Shown: piece by piece, positions 1-8,476 of the stretch
Position numbering within the stretch: the first letter of the stretch is position 1
Layout: the number at the start of each line of letters is the position of its first letter
Assembly: GCA_963708075.1 (NCBI GenBank)
Contig: OY970194.1
Location: forward strand, 512,001 to 576,000
Direction: 5' to 3'
From: Sedimentisphaerales bacterium
GTDB taxonomy: Bacteria; Planctomycetota; Phycisphaerae; Sedimentisphaerales; Anaerobacaceae
Length of the DNA stretch: 64,000 nt
Made by a program: the position numbers and the translations under genes
The notes under the pieces: generated by a model
Seen by the model: the letters and a program-made list of their open reading frames with translations, nothing else
Told to the model about the DNA's origin: nothing
Databases searched by the model: none

Positions 1-14
1 CGCAACACAAGGCT

Positions 15-392
15 GTGATGGGCCAGGCTGTCCAAGAGGCCTACGCGGACCTGTTTAAGGTTAACGGCAAGGCCTGTGAGATGTCACAAACAGATGTGAA
101 AGCTAAGCTAAAGACTCTCACGCAAGGCTCGAAGGGTGATTCTGTGCTTACCAAGATGGCGATGACGTTTGCCGCTTTATGTAGGGAAGCGGCCTTCACA
201 ACGGCGCACGTGTCGAAGAAACCTGCCGAGGAGCAGGCAGATAAGACGGAGGACAAGAAACCACCTGAGCACCAAGAGAACGTGAAGCGCGCCATGAATC
301 TTAGTTATGCCATCAATATCGAGTTGCCACCAACACGAGATCAGGCCATATACGATGCCATATTCCGCTCACTCCGGGAGCACATTCTATGA
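15..392 (+). CDS. DUF5343-like protein, 5'-truncated by window edge
   Basis: C-terminal NLSYAINIELPPTRDQAIYDAIFRSLREHIL resembles the tail of DUF5343 proteins; stop overlaps the next start (ATGA at 389-392). Confidence 0.7.
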   Translation: MMGQAVQEAYADLFKVNGKACEMSQTDVKAKLKTLTQGSKGDSVLTKMAMTFAALCREAAFTTAHVSKKPAEEQADKTEDKKPPEHQENVKRAMNLSYAINIELPPTRDQAIYDAIFRSLREHIL

Positions 393-982
393 TTATGCTT
401 GAACGTACGGACAACAAACTCGCTGGGTTTGTGCTGAAAGGACAGATGGCAGAGATAGCTATTGCACGCTGCCAGGCTAGCCCTGTGAAAAGCGGCGAAA
501 TCACGTTCAACGATATAGCAGCGCGTGTCGGAATCAAAGATCTAGATGAAGACGAGGTAGAGGCAGCGCGAAAGATGTCGGCGGTTTACATCGCAATCGC
601 CAGTTTCGAAAACATGGTTCGAAATTTGATCTCGACGCGTATGTTAGAGGTCAAGAAAGACAACTGGTGGGAACAGTGCGTGTCCGCTGAGATAAAGAAG
701 AAAGCGCAGAAGAAGATTGACGAGGAAAAGCGCATTCGATGGCATAAGAGCCGTGGGCTGAGCCCTATCTACTTCACCGAAATCGGCGATCTCATTTCGA
801 TAATTCAGCAGAACCTCGCGGTCTTTGAGGACATCATTCCGGATACTGATTGGCTCCGTCAGATCATCAAGAGCGTTGAACGTTCTCGCAACGTAATCAT
901 GCACAGCGGTCAATTGTCGCTCGACGATATCGAAAGAGTTGGCGTAAATGTCCGGGATTACATTCGACAAGTTGGAGCCTGA
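389..982 (+). CDS. Swt1-like HEPN domain protein (putative RNase)
   Basis: FENMVRNLI...NWW segment and intact RxxxxH motif (RNVIMH) near the C-terminus. Confidence 0.8.
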   Translation: MIMLERTDNKLAGFVLKGQMAEIAIARCQASPVKSGEITFNDIAARVGIKDLDEDEVEAARKMSAVYIAIASFENMVRNLISTRMLEVKKDNWWEQCVSAEIKKKAQKKIDEEKRIRWHKSRGLSPIYFTEIGDLISIIQQNLAVFEDIIPDTDWLRQIIKSVERSRNVIMHSGQLSLDDIERVGVNVRDYIRQVGA

Positions 983-1070
983 GAGAAACCAGGGGAATTC
1001 CGTGGTAATCCTACTTACTTCAGTTCTACATCGGGTGTGGTGCCAGATACCTTGAATTCGGAGGGACGCA

Positions 1071-1385
1071 TTGGCGATCAAAGTAGTGATATGCGGAATG
1101 GAGCGGGCGTATGATGGTTCTCTCCCTTCGTGGATTAAAGAACAGCATTGCAGAAGAAGACGCGAAGGGGATGAGTTCTGGTTTAGGATCATCATAGAAA
1201 CGAATTATGTTAGCCTAATGTTCTCTTCTCACACTTGCCCAAGGCCCGCTGGTAGGCCGAAGCCGTATACCAATGAATTGGAGACACGTATCGCTGATAT
1301 GTGGACTGACATGAGTGTCGGAACGCGGGACGACATCGAGCCGCTCCTTCATTTCCTCTACAAAGTGAATGGGATGCTTACCTGA
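1071..1385 (+). CDS. Small hypothetical protein
   Basis: GGAGGG RBS before a TTG start; 104 aa ORF fills the gap between the HEPN and TIR genes; WIKEQ..RRRR and CP..GRP motifs look conserved. Confidence 0.6.
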   Translation: MAIKVVICGMERAYDGSLPSWIKEQHCRRRREGDEFWFRIIIETNYVSLMFSSHTCPRPAGRPKPYTNELETRIADMWTDMSVGTRDDIEPLLHFLYKVNGMLT

Positions 1386-1395
1386 GAGGATCTCC

Positions 1396-2351
1396 ATGGT
1401 CAAGGTATTCTTCTCGTATTCTCACCAGGATGAGAACCAGCAGAAATGAACTTGAGAAACATCTTTCGGTGCTCAAGAGAGAAGGGCTTATAGATACTTG
1501 GCATGATCGCCGGATACTTGCCGGTGCAGACCTTGGGAATGAGATAGATCAGAATCTTATCGAGGCCAATCTTATTCTGCTCTTGGTCAGTCCTGATTTC
1601 CTCGCTTCTGATTACTGCTGTGGCAGAGAGATGAGAAAAGCCTTGGAGATGAGGGATCAAGGTCTCCGCCTGGGTAATTCCAATAATCTTGGATCATTGT
1701 GACTGGCGGAACACCCCGCTTCGAGATTTGCTCGCTTGCCCACAGGATGGGAAGCCCGTTGCCGATTACCCGAATCCCAACAAGGCCTTCAACGAAATCA
1801 GTCAGGAGATACGACGGGTCATTCACGAGATCACATCTACAGATACGGCAGATGGCAAGTCAAAGTCGCAGAACCGTAAGGATGTATCTTGGCGTGAGTC
1901 CAAACCCACTGTAATTGATGAGGTCAGGTCGAGCAATCTGCGCATTAAGAGGGAGTTCTCGGATTACGATAAGGACGCATTCAAAAAGAACGCGTTTGAC
2001 TACATGGCGAAGTTCTTCAACAACTCATTGGAGGAGTTGAAATCGCGGAACCATGATATCAGGTTCACCTTTGAGAGCGAAGGAAACAAGTTCTCCGCAA
2101 CCATCTATCGATCTGGCAGGGAAGTCGCTCATTCTATGGTCGTGAATACCGTTAGAAGCAACTCATGGCAAGGCATCACTTATTCGTGTGCGAGGGACGG
2201 GGATGGCATCAATGAGTCCCTCAATGTCGAAGATGATGGCTATAGCCTCTTTCTCATTCCGATCCTTCACATGTCCGGAGAGAAAGAAAAGCTGTCCGAG
2301 AAGGGGGCCGCTGAATATTACTGGAGTATGCTCATCGAGCAGATGCGATAG
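1396..2351 (+). CDS. TIR domain protein (TIR_2-like) with uncharacterised C-terminal domain; two apparent +1 frameshifts (~1441, ~1663)
   Basis: ATG at 1396 gives MVKVFFSYSHQDE, then RNELEKHL..WHDRRI..LLLVSPDFLASDYCCGREM in the next frame, then VIPIILDHCDW..P.DGKPV in the third; the putative catalytic Glu (GREM) is present. Confidence 0.8.
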
Positions 2352-2367
2352 TGGGGCGCACAGGTTC

Positions 2368-2402
2368 ACAGAGGGTACAGAGGGTCAGAGGGTACAGAGG
2401 GT
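2368..2402. repeat. Tandem 9-mer (ACAGAGGGT) x4, one copy 8 nt
   Basis: Read directly from the sequence. Confidence 0.9.
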
Positions 2403-2472
2403 AAACGGGGTCACGTACTGAATTAGGAATTATTGGCTCCTCATCGAGCACGTAATCGACAGCCCGCCATCC

Positions 2473-2990
2473 GTTGTCGGTTGAAAGAGTGGATTCCTGC
2501 CCCCGATCAGAGCCTGCCCTCGACTTGATCGAGGGTCGAGGGCAGGCCCTGCGGGGGAATGACGTGCCTGGCACAGAAGAAATCGGTGTGCGATGCACAC
2601 CCTACAAAATCTGCGCAAATCTGTGAAATCTGCGGATAGAAAAGCAGTTGTCAGGACTTGAACGCGTGGGTTAAGAACCCACCCTACGTGTTGCATTGCC
2701 TCCGTGGTGAAAAAGGCAGTTGTCAGTAGTCGGTTGTCAGTTGAAAGAGTGGATTCCCGCCTGCGCGGGAATGACATAGGAGAACGGTGGGGCAAGCCCC
2801 ACCCTACATGTCGCATCTTCTCCGCGTACCTCTGTGGCGAAAAAGCAGTTGCCAGTAGTCAGTAGTCGGTTGGCGGTTGAAGACCTGGATTCCTGCTTTC
2901 GCAGGAATGACAGGGTCAGTATCCGCGTTCGTCAACGTTTATCTGCGGTTACATCCCCTCTGCGTACCTCTGCGGTCTTTGCGGTTAAAA
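2473..2990. repeat. Mosaic array of REP-like palindromes and 7/9-mer repeats
   Basis: TGGATTCC-GC..GC-GGAATGAC at 2490-2563, 2750-2775, 2886-2911; hairpins ending CACCCTAC at 2584-2605, 2663-2687, 2785-2807; GTTGTCA-type 7-mers and AATCTG/CTCTG 9-mers between them. Confidence 0.85.
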
Positions 2991-3069
2991 AATCTTTGCT
3001 TTATCGGTTCTGTTATTCCTTTTGGGGCAACGAGTTATGAATGTTGCGGAAAATGGGCTGATAATTTTG

Positions 3070-3097
3070 TTGCACAGTAAACAGTCGATGCTATAAT
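3070..3097 (+). promoter_or_regulatory. Putative sigma70 promoter
   Basis: TTGCAC-N16-TATAAT with extended -10 TG (TGcTATAAT) in an AT-rich patch. Confidence 0.65.
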
Positions 3098-3131
3098 ATT
3101 ACGAACGTCGCGGCGAGCGGTGGGGCCGTCC

Positions 3132-3435
3132 GATTGCGGATTTCGGAGTGCGGAATGGGAAAGAAGGTGTGAAGTGTGAGGTTTGATGTGTGAAGTCAGA
3201 GGTTCTGTGCCCCGCGGGCGCATCTCGTCACCCGAGCGGATTTTCTCTGTGGACTCTGTGTCCTCTGTGGCGAGAAAGCTTGGATTCCCGCCTTCGCGGG
3301 AATGACATCGTTGGCCTTGACCAGTGATCAACAACCATCAACCAACAGCCGATTTCGGCAGGGGACCTTCACGCGTGGGTTGAGAACCCACCCTACAACT
3401 GACAACCGTCAACTGACAACTGAGAACTGTCAACT
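3132..3435. repeat. Second repeat mosaic in the leader of the HNH-AP2 gene
   Basis: GATTGCG and TGAAGTG 7-mers, CTCTGTG 9-mers, palindrome 3281-3306, CACCCTAC hairpin 3372-3396, AACTGAC 7-mers 3397-3435. Confidence 0.8.
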
Positions 3436-3456
3436 ATTCAGCCTTGGAGGTACGAG

Positions 3457-4173
3457 ATGGCGGAGCGGACTTGTTATGACTGTGCGCTGTGTGTGTTTGA
3501 CAAGTGCCTGTGGATGCGGAGTCTGCAATCGGGGTTCCCGGCCCGGGCGATGTGCGCGAACCATCCGGATACGCCGGGTACGCTGCGGCCGGTCCCGCTG
3601 GATGGACCCTGCCGGAACTTCAAGGAGAAGCCGGATGCAGGGCGGATCGAGCCGCCACCCCCGCCTAACGATGACGTGCGGTATGTCCCCCTGACGAAAG
3701 GGAAATTCGCGATTGTGGACGCGGCGGATTACGAGTGGCTGAGTAAGTACAAATGGTATGCACAGGCGAGAAGGGACGGCAAGGGTTACTATGCGGTTCG
3801 GAGCAGGGGACGCCATACAATCATGATGCACCGGGAGATTATGCAGACGCCGGAGGGGATGGTCGTGGATCACGGAAACGGCAATGGCGCAGATAACCGC
3901 CGAGCCAACATGTGCAATTGCACGCAAGAGCAGAACACCCAGAACAGCCGGCCTCGCGCCAAACACACATCCCGGTTTCGAGGCGTGCACCGCCATGGCA
4001 ATACGTGGGCGGCAACGTACGGGTACAAGGGGGTCAGGTACTACCTGGGCCTGTTCGATGATGAGGTGGCGGCGGCGAAGGCCCGCGACCGCAAGGCGTA
4101 CGAGCTGGCCGGGCCATTTGTGTACCTGAACTTCCCCGAGGATTTCAAGGACAAGGCAGAGCAGCCGCACTGA
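3457..4173 (+). CDS. HNH endonuclease with AP2 domain and Cys-rich N-terminus
   Basis: GGAGG RBS; MHREIM..VVDHGNGNGADNRRANM (HNH_3-like); SRFRGV..YLGLFDDEVAAAKARD (AP2); N-terminal CYDCALC..CANH..CRNF. Confidence 0.9.
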   Translation: MAERTCYDCALCVFDKCLWMRSLQSGFPARAMCANHPDTPGTLRPVPLDGPCRNFKEKPDAGRIEPPPPPNDDVRYVPLTKGKFAIVDAADYEWLSKYKWYAQARRDGKGYYAVRSRGRHTIMMHREIMQTPEGMVVDHGNGNGADNRRANMCNCTQEQNTQNSRPRAKHTSRFRGVHRHGNTWAATYGYKGVRYYLGLFDDEVAAAKARDRKAYELAGPFVYLNFPEDFKDKAEQPH

Positions 4174-4224
4174 ACGAGACGAAACGTCCGCACGATGGGC
4201 GAGGGCCGATCCCCGGGCGGAACT

Positions 4225-4280
4225 GAAACCGGCCGGCGCCAGGACTGCAGAGAGGCAGCCGGGCGGCGCCGGCCTGGTTC
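4225..4280. terminator. GC-rich hairpin between convergent genes
   Basis: GGCCGGCGCC (4231-4240) pairs with GGCGCCGGCC (4265-4274). Confidence 0.5.
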
Positions 4281-4295
4281 TCGGAATCGAGTGCG

Positions 4296-5756
4296 TTAAG
4301 GCACCGTCAACGACTCACTGGTTTTCACGTTGGCCGCGGGGTCGTACGTGAGCGAGTTGGTCACGTCGGTCACGGTCGAGGTGAAGGTGCCCACGGCCGC
4401 CGATCGGATCAGGAAGGTTGCTGTGCCTTCGGAATCGGTGACGGCTGTCTGCGATACCGGCTCCCAGTTCGGCCGGGTGGTTGTCACGGAGACGGTCGCA
4501 CCCGAAACCGGGGACGCGTTGTCGACGATGGTCATCTTTGTGTACACGATGTGACCCCTGCCGGCTTTCGCGGACCACATGTCTATGGCCGACACGTGCA
4601 TTGTCGTGGACTTGCCGCAGGCCTTCTGGGCGTCGACGAGGCCGTATCCGAAGTTCGGGTCTCTGCCGGGGGCGCCGATGTCCTCCGCCGAGCTTGTCAG
4701 CTTGTCGCTGACGGCGACGTTCGATGCGGCCCCGGACGCCCAGACCAGAGCGGCGGCGCCCGTCACGTGCGGGCAGGCCATCGATGTGCCACTCATGTAT
4801 GTGTAGGAGCCGTCTTTGTAGGTGGAATAAATGCGGACGCCGGGGGCGGCCAGTTCGATCTCGGGGCCGAAGTTCGAGAAGGATGCGAGCTTATCCTTAT
4901 CATCCGTGGCCGAGACGGCGATGACCGATGGGTATGCCGCCGGGTAGCCGACGGGGCCGCTGTAATTGCCGGCCGCGGCAACGAGCAGCACACCGGCGGC
5001 AAAGGCGGCGTCACAAGCGCTCTCGAGGCTCTTGCTGCCGCCGCCTCCCAGGCTCATGGAGGCGACATGCATATGATTCGCCGCGCACCAATCCAGGCCC
5101 TGGATGACATCGCTCGTATAGCCGAGGCCGGTGTCGGCAAGCACCTTCACGGCGTGAAGCCGGGCGCCCGGGGCCACCCCGACAACTCCGATATCGTTGT
5201 TCAGGGCCGCCACAATGCCCGCACAATGCGTGCCGTGGCCGTGGCCGTCCTTCCAATGTGCGGGGTTTGTGCTTCCGTCTTTGTCTACCGAGCCGGAGTA
5301 GTTGACGCCGTCGATCACGGCCAGGTCCGGGTGATCGGAGTCGATGCCGGTGTCGAGAATGGCCACGTCCACGCCGGCGCCGGTGTTGCCGCCGGGCCAG
5401 GCGAGGTCTGCGTCGATTCTGTCCACGCCCCAGGGCGTTGATTGCTCAAACGCATAGAGCAGGACATCGTCTTCCACGTAGGCGATGCCGGGTTGACGTT
5501 CCAGCACATCGATCGCCTCGTCAGGCACCCACGCGGCGACCGCCGGAATCAGGTCGAATACCGCATGAATGATCCCGCCGAACTGCAAAACCATGTCGGC
5601 ACGGTCCTGAGCGGCCTGGAACTTGGCGCCGGACTCAAAGCCAATCAGCACTCGACGACCGGGGGGCTCATCATCCTGCCCATACGCCTGTGGCGCCAGG
5701 CCGGGGATGACAGGCGTTAAGAGTAGCACCAACAATATTCTCAGCACAGTCTTCAT
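4296..5756 (-). CDS. Secreted subtilisin-family S8 protease with I9-like prodomain and C-terminal Ig-like domain
   Basis: Triad motifs VAILDTGID, HGHGTHCAG, GTSMACPHV; AAAGN oxyanion motif; signal peptide from MKTVLRIL. Confidence 0.93.
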   Translation of the reverse strand: MKTVLRILLVLLLTPVIPGLAPQAYGQDDEPPGRRVLIGFESGAKFQAAQDRADMVLQFGGIIHAVFDLIPAVAAWVPDEAIDVLERQPGIAYVEDDVLLYAFEQSTPWGVDRIDADLAWPGGNTGAGVDVAILDTGIDSDHPDLAVIDGVNYSGSVDKDGSTNPAHWKDGHGHGTHCAGIVAALNNDIGVVGVAPGARLHAVKVLADTGLGYTSDVIQGLDWCAANHMHVASMSLGGGGSKSLESACDAAFAAGVLLVAAAGNYSGPVGYPAAYPSVIAVSATDDKDKLASFSNFGPEIELAAPGVRIYSTYKDGSYTYMSGTSMACPHVTGAAALVWASGAASNVAVSDKLTSSAEDIGAPGRDPNFGYGLVDAQKACGKSTTMHVSAIDMWSAKAGRGHIVYTKMTIVDNASPVSGATVSVTTTRPNWEPVSQTAVTDSEGTATFLIRSAAVGTFTSTVTDVTNSLTYDPAANVKTSESLTVP

Positions 5757-6034
5757 AGTGTAGTTCTCCATTGGAAGGAGAGCGATCAGCGTTCTCCTCT
5801 GTCTTTGGAATTTCTCTCGCGTCGTCGTCCTGCTGTTGGGGCGGACAACAAAACGAGTATAACGGTGTCTTACGGAGCGTGGAGGAATCCGGCGTTGAGG
5901 AAACTCCGCATTTTTCGCGTGGCCTCAGAGGATCGCGCAAGAGCGCAGACTCTCCGTCCATCCACGCTGAATGTTGGGAGTGTCACGCCTGGTCCGGAGA
6001 GAAACGTCGGGATGAAGGGGACGCAGCGAGCGCG

Positions 6035-6544
6035 TTACTTCCAGGCGTCGAATCCGGCGAGGCTGGTCTTATCGTCGAGGACGCCGAGGGTGACAATCCC
6101 GAAGGTGAAGATGCTCGTGCCGGGCTCCAGGTGGCCACCCATCGCCTTCTCCTGGTTGGAGAACGTGACGTGTGCGTGAACCCGGCCGTCGATGACGTAC
6201 CCGGTGACGGCGAGCAGGTCCTGGGGCCCTTCGGCCTCGGGGAAGGCCTCCTTCGGGGGGAAAGTGACGTTGTCCACGACGTGGACACGATATCGTGTCA
6301 GCGATCCGGCGCCGCTGAGGATCACGGCGTTTTTGATGCCTTTCTCGGCTACGGCGGTCTTCAATGCGTCCAGCATGTCCTGGCCGTTGCGCATGCGAAC
6401 GATCACGACTCGCGTGAAATGAGTCTCTACGGTCTGGACCGTTGGGGCGTTGCCGGCGGCCGGCTGTGACGGGACGGCCGCCCAGCAGGTGACCACGGCA
6501 GCGGCAACAGCAACAAGAGCAAGCAACGATAGTGCGGATCTCAT
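6035..6544 (-). CDS. PPC/DUF296 domain protein with signal peptide
   Basis: GIKNAVILSGAGSL and HAHVTF..GGHL motifs. Confidence 0.8.
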   Translation of the reverse strand: MRSALSLLALVAVAAAVVTCWAAVPSQPAAGNAPTVQTVETHFTRVVIVRMRNGQDMLDALKTAVAEKGIKNAVILSGAGSLTRYRVHVVDNVTFPPKEAFPEAEGPQDLLAVTGYVIDGRVHAHVTFSNQEKAMGGHLEPGTSIFTFGIVTLGVLDDKTSLAGFDAWK

Positions 6545-6704
6545 TTTGCGAACCTCCCAAAGCAGGACCACGGTCGTACTCTCTCAAACACCAACGACCT
6601 CCATTGTATCGGGGGACGCGCCGAGTAACAGAGCGTGATCCGGGAATCTCGTTGTGTGTAGCGGATTTCCGTATAGAATGTGAGGGCATGAATGGCATGG
6701 TGAC

Positions 6705-8468
6705 TTGGGAGGTATGTATATGCTGATGAGTGAGAAAATCAAGGCATCGTATGGTGCTGTGATGATGGTTTTGGTCGGGCTGATCGTGGCCGTCAGTGCC
6801 GAGCCGGGCCGGGCGGAGGTTCGCTTCGGCAAGACCGTAATCGACACGGTGTTCCGGTCGGAGGGCGTGGCGGTGGGGGACGTCAACCACGACGGCAAGC
6901 TCGACATCCTCGCGGGCGAGGTGTGGTACGCGGCCCCGGATTGGCAGAGGCACGAGCTGTTGCCGCCGGGCAAGTATGACGGCTCGACCGGTTACAGCAA
7001 GACGTTCGCGAATTTCTCTTGCGATGTGAACCGCGACGGCTGGATCGACTCGGTCATCACCACGATGATGGGCGAGCCCTCGTTGTGGTACGAGAACCCG
7101 CAGAACAAGCCGGGACACTGGAGGGTTCATACCGGCACTCGCAGCGCGTGCAACGAGACGCCGGTCTTCGCGGACTTGCTCGGCAACGGCAAGCCCGTCG
7201 CGATCTGGGGCGTGCAGCCCGAGGGCTACATGGCGTGGTTCAGCATCCCCGAGGACCCATACGAGGAATGGACCTGGCACATTATCGGCGGTCCGAAAGC
7301 CCCGGGCAGCGAGAAGTTCAGTCACGGCCTCGGCGTGGGCGACATCAACGGCGATGGACGCAATGATGTGCTCGTACGCCAGGGCTGGTGGGAGGCGCCG
7401 CAGGACCGCACCCAGGGGCAGTGGACATTTCACGCGGTCGATTTCGGTCCGGACTGTGCCGACATGGTCGTGTACGATGTCGAGGGCGACGGCGACAGCG
7501 ATGTCATCACAAGCTCGGCCCACAATTACGGCATCTGGTGGTTCGAGCAATTGCCCGGCGGGCAATTCAAGCAGCACGAGATCACAAAAGCATTCTCCCA
7601 GACCCACGCCGTGCGCCTGGCCGATATCAACAAGGACGGAATCATGGATTTTGTCACCGGCAAACGCTACTTCGCGCATAACGGCAAGGACCCCGGCGCC
7701 TTCGAGCCCGCCTTGCTGGTCTGGTTCGAGATTCGCCGGCCGCAACCGGGCAAGGCCGAGTTCGTCCAGCACGTGATCGACAGTGATTCCGGCATCGGCA
7801 CGCAATTCGAAGTCGTGGACATGAACGGCGACGGCCTGCTGGACATCGTCAGCGCGAATAAAAAAGGCGTGCACCTGTTCCTCCAGGAGGGCTCGCAGGC
7901 CCGCGTCTCGCTCTTCGATGGCAAGACCCTCGATGGCTGGGAAGGCAACCTCGATTACTTCCGGGTCGAGGACGGCGCCATCGTAGCTGGCGACCGGACG
8001 AAGGCTACCCCGCGGAACGAGTTCCTCTGCACGAAAAAGGCGTACGGCGATTTCGAGTTGCGTCTGAAGGTCAAGCTGATCGGCGATCCCGCCAGTGCCA
8101 ACGCCGGTGTCCAGATTCGCAGCCGGCGCATCCCGAATCACAACGAGATGATCGGCTACCAGGCGGACATGGGCCAGCAGTACTGGGGCTGCCTTTATGA
8201 CGAGTCTCGACGCAACAAGATCCTGGCCCAGCCTGACCCGCAGCGCCTGCGCGAGACTCTCAAGCCCGGCGACTGGAACGAGTACGTCATCCGCTGCGTC
8301 GGTCCGCGAGTGCAACTGTGGCTCAACGGTGTACAAACTGTCGATTACGCCGAGCCCGATGCCTCCATCGAGCAGACGGGCTTCATCGGCGTGCAGATTC
8401 ACGCCGGTCCGCCCTCCGAGGCTCGGTACAAGGATATCGAGATTGAAACCATCACGAATATGCCCTGA
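6705..8468 (+). CDS. Secreted FG-GAP repeat protein with C-terminal DUF1080 (3-keto-disaccharide hydrolase-like) domain
   Basis: Repeated DxNxDGxxD motifs; LFDGKTLDGW..YGDFELRL..NAGVQIRS..GFIGVQIH. Start codon uncertain (6705-6726). Confidence 0.88.
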   Translation: MGGMYMLMSEKIKASYGAVMMVLVGLIVAVSAEPGRAEVRFGKTVIDTVFRSEGVAVGDVNHDGKLDILAGEVWYAAPDWQRHELLPPGKYDGSTGYSKTFANFSCDVNRDGWIDSVITTMMGEPSLWYENPQNKPGHWRVHTGTRSACNETPVFADLLGNGKPVAIWGVQPEGYMAWFSIPEDPYEEWTWHIIGGPKAPGSEKFSHGLGVGDINGDGRNDVLVRQGWWEAPQDRTQGQWTFHAVDFGPDCADMVVYDVEGDGDSDVITSSAHNYGIWWFEQLPGGQFKQHEITKAFSQTHAVRLADINKDGIMDFVTGKRYFAHNGKDPGAFEPALLVWFEIRRPQPGKAEFVQHVIDSDSGIGTQFEVVDMNGDGLLDIVSANKKGVHLFLQEGSQARVSLFDGKTLDGWEGNLDYFRVEDGAIVAGDRTKATPRNEFLCTKKAYGDFELRLKVKLIGDPASANAGVQIRSRRIPNHNEMIGYQADMGQQYWGCLYDESRRNKILAQPDPQRLRETLKPGDWNEYVIRCVGPRVQLWLNGVQTVDYAEPDASIEQTGFIGVQIHAGPPSEARYKDIEIETITNMP

Positions 8469-8476
8469 ACACATCC

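Noticed and set aside
988..1006. ACCAGGGGAATTCCGTGGT as a member of the regulon motif or an attC site
   Set aside because: Lacks the TA ends of the motif and the RYYYAAC/GTTRRRY boxes of attC; it may be a degenerate repeat related to 2405-2428.
15..2351. Assignment to Thoeris or CBASS
   Set aside because: No SIR2/Macro ThsA or nucleotidyltransferase in the window; upstream context is cut off.
2368..3435. CRISPR array
   Set aside because: Repeats vary in sequence, spacing is irregular, the intervening DNA is itself repetitive, and there are no cas genes.
2332..3694. Short ORFs across the repeat mosaic
   Set aside because: Translations (TTDNRQLTT, WIPAFAGMT) are read-throughs of the repeats.
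3457..4173. Group I intron or prophage context for the HNH gene
   Set aside because: No interrupted host gene, intron core or phage genes in the flanks.
6069..8474. 801 aa antisense ORF and similar long shadow ORFs (31642-33906, 49881-51437, 36323-37609)
   Set aside because: They lie opposite well-supported genes, as expected from high-GC codon bias, and show no motifs.
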